Virus record (IMG/VR): IMGVR_UViG_3300035135_000885
Location: 1-36,063 of that record
DNA length: 36,063 nucleotides
Reading direction: 5' to 3' (one strand)
Source: a virus
Taxonomy: Duplodnaviria; Caudoviricetes
Shown piece after piece: positions 36,049-36,063 of the stretch. The number at the start of each line of letters is the position of its first letter. The stretch's first letter is position 1. The notes under the pieces are model-generated. The model did no database searches and was not told the origin of the DNA. It was given only the letters and a program-made list of their open reading frames with translations. The position numbers were made by a program, and so were the translations under genes.

Positions 36049-36063
36049 CTATTGACATTTGGT

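Noticed and set aside
36052-36063. TTGACA after glutaredoxin
   Set aside because: Probably a -35 box, but the -10 would lie beyond the window, so it cannot be supported.

Overview
This 36 kb window comes from a large, AT-rich T4-like myovirus, and all credible genes lie on the + strand. The host is probably an alphaproteobacterium, most likely Rhodobacteraceae; this is inferred from a Rhodobacteraceae-like atpE, a Shemin-pathway hemA and a DUF1127 gene. From left to right it holds: a replication/recombination block (gp33, gp59, gp32, uvsX, gp41); a late block of putative internal head proteins, seven starting with a T4 capsid-targeting-like decapeptide, plus a 1254-aa nucleotidyltransferase-headed protein punctuated by prohead-protease-like sites; an island inside that block (DUF1127, a 56-aa ORF, an ATP synthase c subunit lacking the conserved RNP/RQP loop, a sulfotransferase, two glycosyltransferases); a lysis region (GH19 endolysin, overlapping spanins); primase, ThyX and a class Id-like ribonucleotide reductase with an ATP cone on NrdB and candidate NrdR boxes; hemA-ybaN; further glycan genes; a SleB-like hydrolase; a standalone LigA domain-Ia-like protein; phosphomannomutase; and glutaredoxin. 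Sigma70-type and T4 late-type promoters are visible. I saw no tRNA, CRISPR array, intron or intein. All family calls come from motif recognition by eye, not database searches.
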